Origin: Paraspadella gotoi
Taxonomy: Eukaryota > Animalia > Chaetognatha
Assembly: GCA_051294375.1 (NCBI GenBank)
Contig: CM119266.1
Span: 3,100,558 to 3,164,557, forward strand
Reading direction: 5' to 3'
DNA: 64,000 nucleotides
The notes below the pieces were generated by a model, which worked only from the letters and a program-made list of their open reading frames with translations, did not search any database and had not been told where the DNA came from. Position numbers and translations under genes: made by a program. Shown here in pieces: positions 36,656-50,209 of the stretch (position 1 is the first letter of the stretch; each line of letters starts with the position of its first letter).

Positions 36656-39600
36656 TCTAGGCCTTGCGGTCTGGTCAGACAAATCTCATGCTCTGATCTC
36701 GTCTCCTCTCCTCTCTCTCTCTCTGCCATCATCCTTCGCACTCCTCTCCAGTTCTTCTTCTTAATCCCAAATATTACAGGTATATCGCTGAATACCCATT
36801 ACCAAATTAGTGATCCTTGCGTATTCTTCATATGCTATTACTTTTGAATATTTTGAAAATGCGCCGAGCAACTGATATAATTTGCCTCAACTATACCTTA
36901 TTATCACAATATTTTATTTTATTTAGTTCTCATTTTTTATCTTATTTATTTTTGCTATCATGTCTATACTAATCTATAGGATTTGCCGCTACATTTTCCA
37001 GACATTTTTTACTATCCGATCGAAACATATTAGCCCAGTTCTTAAATTTCATCCCCTTTTTTTCACTCTATTCACCATTTTGTGCTGCTAATCACTCTGA
37101 TCCAAGTTAAAGTCCCAAAACAGCTGTAACTTCCCCTACTGCGAATTCAGAATGTTAAAAGAAAGTAACATGAGCGCTCTTTTTATCAGAAAGCTTTATT
37201 CTTTTTAAGCCTTAATCTCTACAACTGAATCTTATCACCCTCAAATCCACCAACCAAATTTTAATTTTATATTCTTAACTGAATATTAACCTTAAATTTC
37301 TAAACACTTGGGCTGCTTTTGACAAAATAATGCCGACATTTTTTTTCACCACGGTTATCAACATTAGCAATTGCTGATAGGTTACACACATCAATTGAAG
37401 TCTGTGTCTAATTATTAAGAGTAAGGCTAAATAATTAAATTAGTTATAAGCTGCAAGAGATAATCTGAAAAACATGATACTATAAAAAACTTTATATAGA
37501 GGCTATAAAGATCGATAAATCGGCGCTTACAAGTGAAGAACCCTCGTGATGGGTGATGTCAGCAAGATCATTAGATCCGTGTTCAATCATCCATCCCGTC
37601 CATGCGTCGCTCGCAGGTGTCTCTCTCTCTCTCTGTTTTTCTCCTCAACTCTCGATGGAAAACAAAAACAAAATCCTTCTTTCTGGGCAATTCCGCGCTG
37701 CAATCCCGTCTCAAAAGATGGAGCGTAATGACGTCAAATCCGTCAGGTGACGTCATACGGAGCCGCCCGTCTGAAATATTCGTGCTCCCCCAGACGGTCC
37801 TGGCGATCTGGGAATCTAAAAATTCGAGACAACATTTGCGAGCCGTCAATTCGACGCAAATGACACATCAGTTTTGTCTCTTGTAGGACAGATCCTTCGC
37901 CGCGACATTGTGGCCGCCATGTCATCTGCAATTCAATCGGGACAATATCACGACCGTATGCCCTGTTATACGCGAGTAGTCGCGCGTGTGCTCGCGACGC
38001 GGGAACCCGTCTTCATCTAGTCCCTCTAACTCTCTCTCTCTTCCCTCCCGCTAACACCGGTACCCAAGCCTCGGTCTCGTGGCCGACCCAAGACGACGAC
38101 GGGAACGTGCAGCGAAGAGAAAAACTGCCCCCCCTCTTCCTAGTCCCGACTTCCTCGCGTCCAGCAACCGTGCTTGGCTGGCAAAGAGGGGATGGAAAAC
38201 GTCCTGGGCCAGAGGTGATACGACATTGACGCGGAGCTTATGGCGCACTGAGGCAGGTAAGCAGTGAGAGAGGAGACCAAGTCATTCTGTTTACTACTAT
38301 TATTGTTAAGATTTTACATCGTACAGCATTTTTAATTTTGTAGTGTTACAAGTGTCTTAAAGTTTCTTTTCGGCCGAAAACAGATGTAAAGTACTAAGTA
38401 ATGCCGCATATAGGGTTGGAGATGATGTAAAGATTGAGCTGATCTTTGACTCATTATGAACAATATTTTTTTTGCCTGTAATTAATAAATTTTTAAATCC
38501 TCTTTTAATATCTTATACGTCATAACAGCCCTCTTATAGTACATCTCTCCAATTATTTATGTAGCTAATTTATCCCTTCATAAAATCGTAAAATATTTCA
38601 TAAATATTTTCTTTTTTTTCTAACGATATTCATTATATCGTGATCTCTCGCCCCTTAAATACACGTGAAATGGATATTTATTAAATGTTTGATCTCAAAT
38701 GACGTAAAACGGTCTTAAGCATATATCTTTCGTATTACAGGAACTTTAAAAAAGCTTATGAATGTCACATTCAAAGTTTTCCCCTTTAAAGACGCTGAAG
38801 ATGACAAGAATTTTTATAAACATTTATATTTTTGATTCAACTTTTTATGACTCTGAATTTTATTATAAAAGATTAAAAAAATTATCTTTAGTTACTATTT
38901 TAATATGTGATCAAAATATTATCTTTACTAATTGCTATCATACTATCCACATTAAATATCCGTTGTCTCGATCATTCCGTTTATTTTTCAATTTCGTTAA
39001 AATCAATATGGTTATCTTCTAGAACATCCTTCATTTCTTGGTGGCCCCCACGATAATCGCCGCATCATCAATTCTTAAAAGTCAAAGTGAACACCCCCCA
39101 CCGTCTTTAAAATCTTGATCGCGTGCTATTCGTCCTCTGTCTCTACTCTCCGCGCGCCGTTACGATTTTACATACCCCGCCAGCGTACGACGACCCACCC
39201 GGCTCCTCCTCATCAAGATTCTACACGAGAAAACCACGAAGAGAAAGCGAAAATCGAGAGAAAAAATTATTTATTTTCTCCCAAATTGTTTCGTTTCACT
39301 TTTTCTGTTTGTGGTGAATAAACATGTGCGTGAATTCGCGGACAGTCTTGACGTACAATTTTGTGTGATTAAATGGGGAAAGAGGGAGGCCTGAGAGAGA
39401 GGAGAGAGACAGACGGGAGAGAGGGGGAGAAGGAGCAAGGAGGGCATACATGGACTGACCGGGGCCGATAGATGTTAGGAAATCTTAAAGGGAGGTCTTA
39501 CAACGAGTTAACTGGGGAGGAGGCAGTGAGAGCAGAGAGTGGAGAAGAAAATAATCCCTATGGTGGGGGAAAAGCAGGAAAGTTTTAAAGGAAATATGAC

Positions 39601-42600
39601 TGGTGATATAAAAGATACAAGAAATCTTAGATAACATAGTTCTATATGGTCTTATTTGTCACGGTTTTACGCCTTACGCTCCTCTATTCGCTCAAGCTGA
39701 CTTACAGACAAAAATAGTGATACAGACTCTAGTTTAGAACTGGTATTAAAAAAAAACTATTAACTAATTTAATGCAGGAAAGAGTGTATTTATTAAGCTT
39801 GTGTTAATGTTTACGTATCTCTCATCAGTAGAAAAAGATATTCAATATTAATCTTACTCTCTCAGCACAAAAAAAATTGTTGATAAAGTATAAAAACGTA
39901 TTTTGCTTTATAAAAATAAATTATTCAATTACAACCTGACAGTTATTATATTTTTATTCTACGCATAAATGATAAAATTACAATATTGTGAATAACGAAA
40001 ATCACTTTACCTTTCTAACGCTAAATTGATGACGGATATCATATTGCTCCAAAACACTAAAGATGGAGTAAAATATTCTCATAACAGAATAGATATGGTA
40101 TCTTACACAATTTTAGAATTTAATAATCTCGAGTCTATACTTCTTCCTCGTGCGTTCATGTTAACTCGTCTCATGCAACTGCGATGAAGTTGTGATACTA
40201 GCTCGTGGTGCAGCGTCCTCGAGTTCGCCCAGTGCGCCTCGCGGCCTTCAGCCGTCGTCTAAACTCTCTGTCTCAACAGCATATCGATCCGCCAAAATAT
40301 CGTCGACGGAGTAAATCTGTATCGACTCTCGTGCGCGCTCCCCGTACTCTCTCGGAGAGCTATACGAGAAAAAACACAGGCTGCTGGTCGTTAACGGCAG
40401 TGCGCCGTTCCGAGGAGATGCCAGAGAGAACAGTCGAGCAATCCAAGTTTACTGGCGTCGAGCAACTCAAAGTCGTGCAATTTATTTATTCACTCGAGTC
40501 TCTCTTACTCTTTCGTAAGCGACACGTATACAGCTCACAAGACGTGATCTCGGACATTTCCTAGTTCTCCTATCTCCGCGCAACCGCAGTTCTCTCTCTC
40601 GGCACGCGGCTATCTCCCTCTCAGGCGCCGCAGTAACTCTTCACTCGGCACCGGCAATTTCTCTCTCCGGCACAAAACGGCACATCTGCGCTCTCGTTCC
40701 ATCACCAATTGAACTCTTCCTCTTCCCGTCGCTACCAAAATGGCGGCCCGTTCTTCTTTCCTCTTCTCTTCTCTATCGTTTTTTTTGATGTGATTATCCT
40801 CTTCTTCCTCCTCTCGGCGATCAAGCTGTCGAGTGCTGAAAGGCTGCGCTTTCACTTCTGGAAAGGCTGAGTGTTCCGTCGGCATCGTCGTCGTCTGTCT
40901 TCGAAAAACTCCAAAGCCCTTTTCTAGCAACTCCTCCTTCAACACTCGACAACCAAACGACGCCTTCGGATCACCAATTCCTCCTGCCCACCGACCCCGC
41001 GAGCGGTTCGCGTCTCCTCCTCGCCTCCAGAGTCTTCCCAGCGACTCCAGCATCTTACTCCCTCCTCCTCCTCCCTCCCTATCCTTGGCCTCCTCTTCCT
41101 CCTCCTTGAAATTATCCCCCTGTCTCCGAAATTTCGTCGCAGTTGGAGTCAAGCGTCCCAGTAATTTCTCTTTACCGGGTTTTCCCTTTTTCGCGCGGGA
41201 CTATTGACGAAGCAATCGTTTGAGGCTCGAGGTTGTGATCGGATCGAGTTTTGCCAACCCTCGATTAGATTTGGCAGTGTGCGGAAAGGCGGAAAGGGGG
41301 AGTTTGAAGTGGAAAATAAAAAGATGGGAGTGGAAAAGGTTCGCAAAGAGACGGAAAGAGAAAAGACGTCGGCAGATACTTAATATACACTTAACTATAC
41401 GTTGTGTGTGTGTTTTAGTAATAAGTTAGCCAGCTTTGTATAACTTCATGCACACATGCAAATTGGGTTTTTATCTATCATGATAAATTAATCTCATAAT
41501 GGATTAAATAAATTGAGCTGCATATAGCTCTCCTGACTCCTTCTTCTTAAACATCAGGTACATTTTTCATGAATAGAAGGAAACACCAAATACATAGTGG
41601 GATTTCAATACACGATTTCGTTTCGAATCTAGAATCTAATACGTAACTTAGTACTGAAGTTGCTTTCTTGGATACGTAATAAGTGATATTGTATCCAGTA
41701 ATGAAAGCTTTTGTAAGATTGACCGTAAGAATCAAAAAAGTAAAAAATTGTATTTATATTTTATTAATATTTATCGTAATTTTATAATTTCATTCCTGCC
41801 ATGGACAATCGGTCATTTCGATCGCTGTCGCTTCGCCTCTCTGCTTCTCGTCTAAGGACCTCAAATCATATCTTTTGCCTTTACCTGCCTTTCATGTGTT
41901 CAGCTTTTTGGTGTGCTCCATTGTCTCTTAAACTTACTCTTCTTTCATAGGACTCTTAATCACTCATGTATTAGGTCAAGCTCTTGAGGTTTCTTCCCAC
42001 CACTGTCTCGCGATTCCCCTCTTCCCCTTATCTCTCCCGACATTTCCTTACCCTGACCAGCCTTGATCCTTCCTGCTCCTCCCCTCGGCGTGTCGTTTTC
42101 GTTAATCGCCATCGCATAATCAGGTGCTACTCATAAGAGTGATAGGGCGCCCGTCTGTGTTCTCTCCTCATCTCTTCTCTTTATCGACGCCGAATCTCTC
42201 TCGTAGAGCGATAAGGACCCTAGCCTGCATCGGAAACCTCGCGCCGTCTTCCAACAATTGGCCCGCTACTTCTCTCCTGCTCCCTCTCTCTCTTCCCTCC
42301 TCCCGTCCTGCTCTCCCGGTCCGATCTGTCTCCAGCGCTTCGATCTCGGTAAGTGATGGACATGGCGGTTTCCCAGCCGGCGGTAACCCCGTCTTGATGC
42401 TCCTCAGGAACCGTGTAAGCATAGGGCTAAGATATGCTTCTCCTTCTTCTCTCTGCTCCTCCTCTCTCGTCTCTCTTCACTATTTGAGTCTCGAGGATGG
42501 TTGTCTCTTCTCTCCGTTCAGTCTGCTGCTCGTGCTTGCCCTACCAGGAGTGCGTCTCTCGCCTGGGCTGCCCATGGCGGACAACTCTGACAGAATCTCG

Positions 42601-43661
42601 CGGCGCTCGATCACCGACTCGGCGAAAACCTGGGCATCGCTCGACGCCGGAACGCCTGCGTCTGGCTCAACAAGATGAGGCTCTGACGCTAAGGCAAGCG
42701 CGGCAGAGCTAGCCTCACAGCTAACCGCCGCGGCTTCTCTCGAATACGACGCCGGAGCGAGGCAAGAGAGGGGAGCGTCGGGGGATCCGCGGCGTCTCGA
42801 CGAGTTGGAACCCGGGCGTCCATTTTGGGCGCGTCGAGGGCCATTTCGTCTCTTCACAATTAACTTAGATACTGATATACTCTAATTTCGTTTTTATTTG
42901 TGCCTTGGCCTCTTGCTCATACTCGTCGCTCTCTCCGTACGCTCCGATAGCGACCGCTGATAGCAATCTACAATACAATACAATACAATACAGATAAGAC
43001 TTTATAAAATTCTACACATTTTTTTTACTATAAAACCGTTGGGACTCATTAGTTAGATGACGAAGCCGATGACGGCGACGGACATACGGCACTGACGGAG
43101 CGACGAAAGACGACGATTCAGGAATCGGATTTCGGATTCACTATGACCTCCGTGTCAACAAATTGAACGTTCTTGAGCGCAGAGTGTTGAAGAGGTTGTT
43201 AACAGCGCACAATAAATTTTTGTCGACGGATAAATTGGTGACAAATTTTTTATTTGCTCGTACACAACGTTGCAAAATAGTTCGAGTTCTGTGACGCTTT
43301 TGACAAAGTTATCTGTACTAATTTTTTCATCTTCATAAAATGCGTTTTCTGCGTCGGGAGACAAATTTTCTTTCGAGAAGAATTTATTTGATTCTTGAAG
43401 TCAAACGAAAATTAAGAAAAAAAAATGAATATTTATATTCAAATTTTTAAATATCCTCGCCATAATCGTCCATTAGTACAGTCCAAGCTTAACGTAATGC
43501 TACTTCTCGTCAGGGTACTCTACCTCTATACTCTCTCATGAATTCGATACCTTTAAACGCTAGGGATGAGCATGAAACTGGAACATAGTCTCTCTCGTCT
43601 CTCTCTCTTCTCTCCTCTCTCTCCTCTCTCTCTTCTCTCCTGCTCTCTCTCTTCTTCTCTC

Positions 43662-43697
<36 letters not shown>

Positions 43698-46600
43698 CTT
43701 CTCTCTCTCAAAACGATAAAAACTGCCACAATAGGTTTTGCAAAAAACATTGATTCGATCTGCAAAAAATAACACGTCGTCCGTGTGTCGTCGTTTTCGT
43801 CGGCTAGTCCTTCGTAAAGTCCAACGTTTCGATCTTTTCCGCTGTTCATCCCTCTCCTTCCTTCTGCGATTTGCGAAAAACAGTCCTCCTGTCCGGGAGG
43901 AAAAATGCGCTCATATGAGTGGACACGACAGAGAGGCGGGGGAAACAGGATGCTCTTCAGATAGCCGCAAGTTAGGATTGCGATCTCGCTTGTTTGCCGG
44001 TCACGCATCGCAAAGCGATCTCAAGCATCTCTATAGTAACAGAAGATTATTTCTGCCACGATGCATCAGTTGATTTTTTTTTTTTCCAGGATTGTTTCTC
44101 AAATTTTGTTTCTAATTAGCGCAATAATTGAAAGCGCGATATGTCAAAGTTCATTGTACACTTTCGTTTACCAAATTTTATTTGTTCCTTAGGGTTATGC
44201 CATGTAATGAGGTAATTGTATTCTGTCTGGGTTGAAAAAAGCTTCATGTCTCAAATTGCATGACTTCAATGGATGAATGTTCACGTTCTCCGAAAAGTCT
44301 ATTTGAAAAAAACCTAAATAATGCAAAAAAGGAATAAATTCCATTATTTTCTCGGTCTATATTTTCTTTTGCGTAATAGAAACTATTTTTCGTCGGTTTT
44401 TTCGTTTTATTGTCCATAACTTGGCTCAACCCCGAGCCCAGCCTCCCTTCTTCCCGACCCCTTTTCTCAACAATACCCTTCCTTACCCCAACCACCCCTT
44501 TTCCAGTTTTCAACACAACCCCTTCTGCCGCTCCCCATCCATTCCCCCCCCCAACCGTTGGCGCCTTTTGAGACAAATCACGTTCAATTTCGGCCGTGAC
44601 CAATTTTTTTTTTGACAGTGCGCATGTAGGGATATGAACGTCGACGAGCACGGGTAAACCAAAGTCGCTTCGTCATGAACAACTGGAGGCCGATGGCCGT
44701 CGGGTCGAGTATGAGGAGCGAGGAAGAGGATGGGGATTCCAATGGGCTGAAAAAGAAAGGAGACTTTGGGTGAGTTAGAATTAAGGCAAAATCAGGAAGA
44801 GGGTAAGTGCAGTTTGACGAGGATTCTTTTCATGCTCCAATTTTCTCAATGGCTCAAAAGAGAATAAACTTTCGACACAATGCCAATCACCAAGTTTTTT
44901 AAACCTCTGTTAACGTTGGCGTTTATATCTCATAAATTAGTTCAATTATATTCATTGTCTATTTTTAACACTTCATTGATATGGAAGCCAAGGCTCTAAA
45001 GAGTTTGACATACTATGATTAAGACCTACGCTCTGCTATAGGGCTTAAATGTCTTTGTCTTGTAGAGCGGATAAAGGGCATAGAACCAGTCCAAAGTCCA
45101 GTCGGCAACATCGCTATAATTGAAGGAAGGAAGGTGATAATTCTACTTTTTTGTAGTTGTACTTAATTTCATAGATCCTGAGTTGTACAATATTCTTTTT
45201 TCAATTTTATGTTTCCTTATTCCTCCTTCCACCTCCGCTCTCCCTCCGGCCCTTCTCCCCCACCTCTCCCTTTTACATCCTCACGAATCACGTTTTCCGC
45301 CTCCATCGCTCCACCCCCTTTCCTCCTCCTCTTCCTCCTCCTTCTCCTCTTCCTCCTCAGATGTAATCGGAATTTAATCTCTAATCTCGAGTGAAGATGG
45401 AATCATTGATCTTCACAATGGAACTGGAAGGAAGGAAGAGGAGGAGGAGGGAGAGAGCAGAGAGGCGCCGCATAAACGTGATCGTTTGGTGTCCAAATAT
45501 TGTTACTTTCTCTCTTCCTCTCTCCTCTCTCTCTCTCTTCTCTCTCGTCTCTCTACTCTCTCTCTCTTCCTCTCTCTCTCTTCTCTCGTCTTGCGTCCAC
45601 TTTTCTATTTCAACAAAAAAAGGAATATAACTTTCTTTCTTCGTTTATATTTTCTGTTCTTTTTCACTTTTTCATTCTTTCATTTTTTTTTCTTTTTTTA
45701 AACACTTTTCTTCTTTTTCTCTCTCTTATACTTTTTTTCATCCACGCCTTGTGCTTATGCTTTGTGCAATTGTGCAATGTATATATACAATGCATTGTGC
45801 ATGCTGCAAATTATATTTCTTGTTTTTCAGGCCTCCGTTTTTTTTCTGTTTTTTCTGTTTTTTTCACCAAAGCCCAAAAACCTTTTTTTCTGTGATTTAA
45901 TTATATGTTTTTCATTTTTATACAGGGAGAATCCTCTTAATTAATACTACGCAGAATTAACGTAAAGAAACCTCATTTAAAATCCTTAAAGAAACCCATT
46001 TGTATAAAAACCGTTCCTTCTCAATTGTATTAACTTAACAACATCATATTTTCTATCTTTTTGCTCTAACCACTCTCCGCGTGCTAAAATCTTCAAATTT
46101 TTAAAGCGGGATGTTGAATTTCCGAATCCCACTGATTTAAGTTTCGCCGTAATCCGACTTTTACAAAATCGATGTAAAATTTAGGAAAGACTTTTTGGCG
46201 GTCTGTCGGTTTCTCTATAAAGTTTGTAAGCAAATTTTAAAAACTATTAAAATTAATATAATATAACTTTCTATATATTTATTAATTGGGTCCGGAAGTG
46301 GGGAGCGCCCCCCGGCCTTTTTTAACTACAGTAACTTGAGGATTTTAAATAGGGAATTATAAGTTAAGTTAAAAACTAAAAAAAATTAATATACAACTTA
46401 CGACAACCAAGGACACCCTCAGTAATACAATTTTTTACTTTTTTGGAGCGCTCCCTTAAAGTTAACTTTAATTAAATTTAAAATATAATAATGGATACAG
46501 ATTATGTAGACGATTGTTAGCATTACAAAGAATACTGTGTATCAGAATCACGAGATTAGACGATGAATAAAAGATGTACAGCATGACTTGCAACATTGTC

Positions 46601-47751
46601 TAGCAAAGGAGTAAGATTGGGTATTATTTTCGCAGCTTATGAAAATGTGCAAAATTTCCTGGTCATTTCGTGATGATCAGTCTTCTGAGTGATGAGAAGC
46701 TTAGATATACAGAATGTTACGAGGTATCTAGTGACATGTATGGAACATTGCAGAGCTACTAGATAACGATAGAGTAGTACGTGAGTTGAGAGAATTTCTC
46801 GCAGAGAGTGCATATAAACCAAGATCTCTTGCATTTATCTGATCTGTCGTGGGTAAAGAATCAAATTTTTCTTGGTTCGTCCACATCTGTGAATGTAATA
46901 AACAAGTGAGAAAAATCAAGTCTTAGTGTGCGGAACACAGATAAGACCTTTTTGGCGAAACTAAACAGAGAAACGAGCAGAAAAGTTAAAAACAGAGGGA
47001 ACATTAGAGACGCTCTCACGGGCGCTCGTGTAGCCCATCCTCTCTTGAACATAAGCCTACTCTCTCTCTGTGCTCTTCTCTCTCTTCTCTTCTCTCTTCT
47101 CTCTCTCTCTTCTCTTCTTCTTCTCTCTGCAATCTCTTTATCCTTTTATCTTTCATTCCACTCATGAATAAAAATATTTGATATTCATACAACTTGCGTA
47201 CGAATATGAATAATGAAATAGTTATTAATCAGCCTGACAACAATAACTAACATTACTTTAGCCAATAGACCCTAGCCCTAAAATCAAGTAATGAGACATA
47301 AAATTAAGGTTTCCGTCTGTAGAAAGGCTTTTTTCCAGAATTAGTATTGTCACAATACTATAATAAAACAATCGATAATATGCTTAAATATTTAAGTAAA
47401 ACTCGAATAAAGATAAGCTCGTCCTTGGTCAGTAAGCTCGAAAGAGATGTCCTTCTATTTGTTACCTGGTTGCGTCAGTCTCTAGTACAGTATGCTTCTT
47501 TGTCGTCATTCTTCTATCGTCATGTGGTTGCTAATGAAACAAACTAGCAAAGACCAATAACAAGGACGACGAAAAACAAAACACAAAGAACGAGCATGAC
47601 AAAAAAAATGTAGGACTACAGAACATTTCACAATCATTGACGACGATTATAAGAACACGACGACGACGATGACGACGACGTCCGTTATGGAAGACAGAAG
47701 CAAATTGATAAATTTAAAATATAGGTTGTCTCTAGAAGAGACATCGCACAG

Positions 47752-47990
47752 CACAGTGGGTTAGTGAGCTATTATCTTGTCCATAGAAGCCAAACTCTAT
47801 TTTTTGAACCGCAAATATACATGAGTTTATTCGTATAAAAGATCCATGATTTGATGACATCTTTTTTGATCGAAAATGACAATAAAAATAAACTACGGGA
47901 ATAAAAATCGAAAATTAGGTGGGACTCCTATGAAAAACCAGGTCGGGTTCCAACACAAACAAAAAGTTGGTGGGCTACAGTTTTATCGGC
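47752..47990 (+). mobile_element. Possible DNA-transposon end beginning CACAGTGGG (Transib/Chapaev-like)
   Basis: CACAGTGGG at 47752 followed by AT-rich subterminal-like sequence; no partner terminus seen. Confidence 0.3.
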
Positions 47991-48194
47991 TGAATTTTTA
48001 ATTATTTGTCGCTTATCATTGAAAAAACTCGATTGCTTTGGTATTCTGAATTTTCAACCAATTTGTTTTCTCTTAATTTTCTCTTCTTTAGGGCTGCGTT
48101 TTCTTTATATACTTTTTACATTTTTTCTCTTTTCTTTTGGTTTTTTTTCCCTTTAATTTTTCTCCGTGTGATTCAACGGGTTCAGGATTTCTCT

Positions 48195-48299
48195 TTATTG
48201 CATCTCGGTCGAAAAATTCCCTCCGGTGTCGTAAATGTCGTCCTCGTCTGCAGAGTAACGCATACCGAACATGAGAGCCATGGAGCAGATAGAGAACAT
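48195..48299 (-). CDS. Candidate terminal exon (end of hydrophobic segment plus acidic tail)
   Basis: TTGCCAG acceptor; MFSICSMALMFGMRYSADEDDIYDTGGNFSTEMQ*. Confidence 0.35.
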   Translation of the reverse strand: MFSICSMALMFGMRYSADEDDIYDTGGNFSTEMQ

Positions 48300-48776
48300 C
48301 TGGCAATTAAAGAGACGAGAAGACATAATGAAAGACAGCGACCGGTGCGGATCGATTCGCATGACATCAGACTGAACACAAAAAAGAAAAATCAGCAGTA
48401 TAAGTAAGAAAGGTAAATAAACGGCGAGACGAGTAGATCTGAGAACCCTCGAGATCCTTACTGCGATCTCTACTCTCTCTTCTCTCTCTCTCTCTCTCGA
48501 TACTCTCTCTCTCTCATCTAATTAAAAACACAAAATTCTAATTGAAAACAAAAAAGATTGCCCGAGGGAANNNNNNNNNNNNNNNNNNNNNNNNNGAATT
48601 TCCAAGAAAGTTAAAGAACGACACCGAGAGGTCACTTCATTTCGTATTCATTTCCCTTCTTTTAATTTTGTTTATTTTTATTCATACAAAACAGTTCATT
48701 CAACATATAAAAAGGGTTTCGCAATAGAAGCAACATTAACAACTATAACAACATCGACATCAACAACAACAACAAG

Positions 48777-49019
48777 ATGTGGCCCATCTCCTGTTCCGTT
48801 CCACTGACGATCGTCGACGATCCATTCGACGCCGACTACGACGCCGTCGTGCTCATCCTCCCGACCCTCAAACATCCCCGGCGCGACGCCGCAGCAGGCG
48901 CCCCAGTCGCCGACGCTGACGCCGCTTTTTGGAAGGAGTTTCCGCCGGAAGTGAAGTCGGCCGTCGAGACGGCGAAGAAAGTTGACGCGGCTCTGGGAAG
49001 GACGGTCTGTTTGATCCAA
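48777..49019 (+). CDS. Exon 1 of an M17 leucyl aminopeptidase family protein (W07G4.4-like)
   Basis: MWPISCSVPLTIVDDPFDADYDAVVLILP..VKSAVETAKKVDAALGRTVCLIQ then a GTAAGT donor at 49020; resembles the N-terminus of W07G4.4-type aminopeptidases and is colinear with downstream exons. Confidence 0.75.
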
Positions 49020-49656
49020 GTAAGTTTGGGATGAAGCTGAGTTTAAGGGGAGGGTCGGGTTTAGTTGATGACCATTATTATTATAATTATTATTATTATT
49101 ATTATTATTATTANNNNNNNNNNNNNNNNNNNNNNNNNNNNNNNNNNNNNNNNNNNNNNNNNNNNNNNNNNNNNNNNNNNNNNNNNNNNNNNNNNNNNNN
49201 NNNNNNNNNNNNNNNNNNNNNNNNNNNNNNNNNNNNNNNNNNNNNNNNNNNNNNNNNNNNNNNNNNNNNNNNNNNNNNNNATTATTATTATTATTATTAT
49301 CTGGTAATTGGGATGTAGGTGTAAACCCTATTCATGGAATGAATGGATAATTTTTATAAATTCGTAATTAAAGTGAATATTATTTCGATTATCATTTCTT
49401 TTTACAACTCCATTTTAGTCTAATATTTTCCCTTCTAACCTTTCTTGAATAATTTTTTCGTATCCCTATTTTTATTTTAACTTGGCTTTTTCATCTTTCT
49501 TTTCGTTTCACAATTTCTTTTTTTTCATTGCAGCCATTCACTACCTGCAGTCATTCACTTCCTTCAAATAAGTTTGGCCGAATAACCTTTTCACCTGAGA
49601 AGTATTCTTCCTTTTCACTTTCCCTTCTCTCTCACTCTATCTCCATATCTTTTCTG

Positions 49657-49950
49657 CTTTTTTTAAATTTATTTTTTTTGTTAATAATACGTCATTATAT
49701 GAGTGCATCATATTGGAAAGTCAAAGTTAATTTTTGGTCCAGTTTTAAACGCCATTTTTGAGCATTTTAAGTAATTTTATGTCATTTTCCGCTTTTTTTT
49801 AATTTATTTTTTTGTTAATGATACGTCATTATATGATGCATCATATTGGAAAAGATAATTTTTGATCCTGTTTTAACGTCATTTTTGAGCATTTTAAGTA
49901 ATTTGTATGTCATTTGATGTCATTTTCGGTCATTTTACGTCATTTCATGT
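49657..49950 (+). repeat. ~130-bp tandem duplication followed by 10-bp GTCATTT-core repeats
   Basis: ATACGTCATTATATGA..CATCATATTGGAAA..TTTTTGAGCATTTTAAGTAATTT occurs twice. Confidence 0.8.
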
Positions 49951-49958
49951 CGTTACCT

Positions 49959-50209
49959 TGTAGTCGGGCATTGCCTAGGTTCACCCCGCCTATAAGCATT
50001 ACACTTTCAGTTTTGACCCGCTGGCTCATTGAGTAAAACCATAAGCTCATTACAATAGGTAACGGGTTCAATCCCAACACGGTACCTCCCTGAGGAATCT
50101 GTGGACGGGCCTATGGTTCCAAGCTGAGCACCCGTTTCATGGCTGCTAGTGGGGTTACGAAGTTACGGATAGTCATTTTCAGCCCACTTAGCGCCTTATC
50201 CACACACCA
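49959..50209 (+). mobile_element. Family-1 element, most complete copy: TATA plus tRNA-like A/B boxes
   Basis: TGTAGTCGG start; TATAAG 49991; tRNA-like start GACCCGC 50015; A box TGGCTCATTGAG 50022; B box GGTTCAATCCC 50065-50075; 3' block shared with the 31661 copy. Confidence 0.75.

Noticed and set aside
50015-50090. Functional tRNA gene (also ~33550-33622)
   Set aside because: A and B boxes are present, but I could not pair an acceptor stem, the anticodon region differs between copies, and it is embedded in a dispersed repeat.
49959-50209. Self-cleaving ribozyme in the element (CTGAGGA at ~50090)
   Set aside because: No GAAA core partner or supporting stems found by eye; an Infernal search would be needed to exclude it fully.
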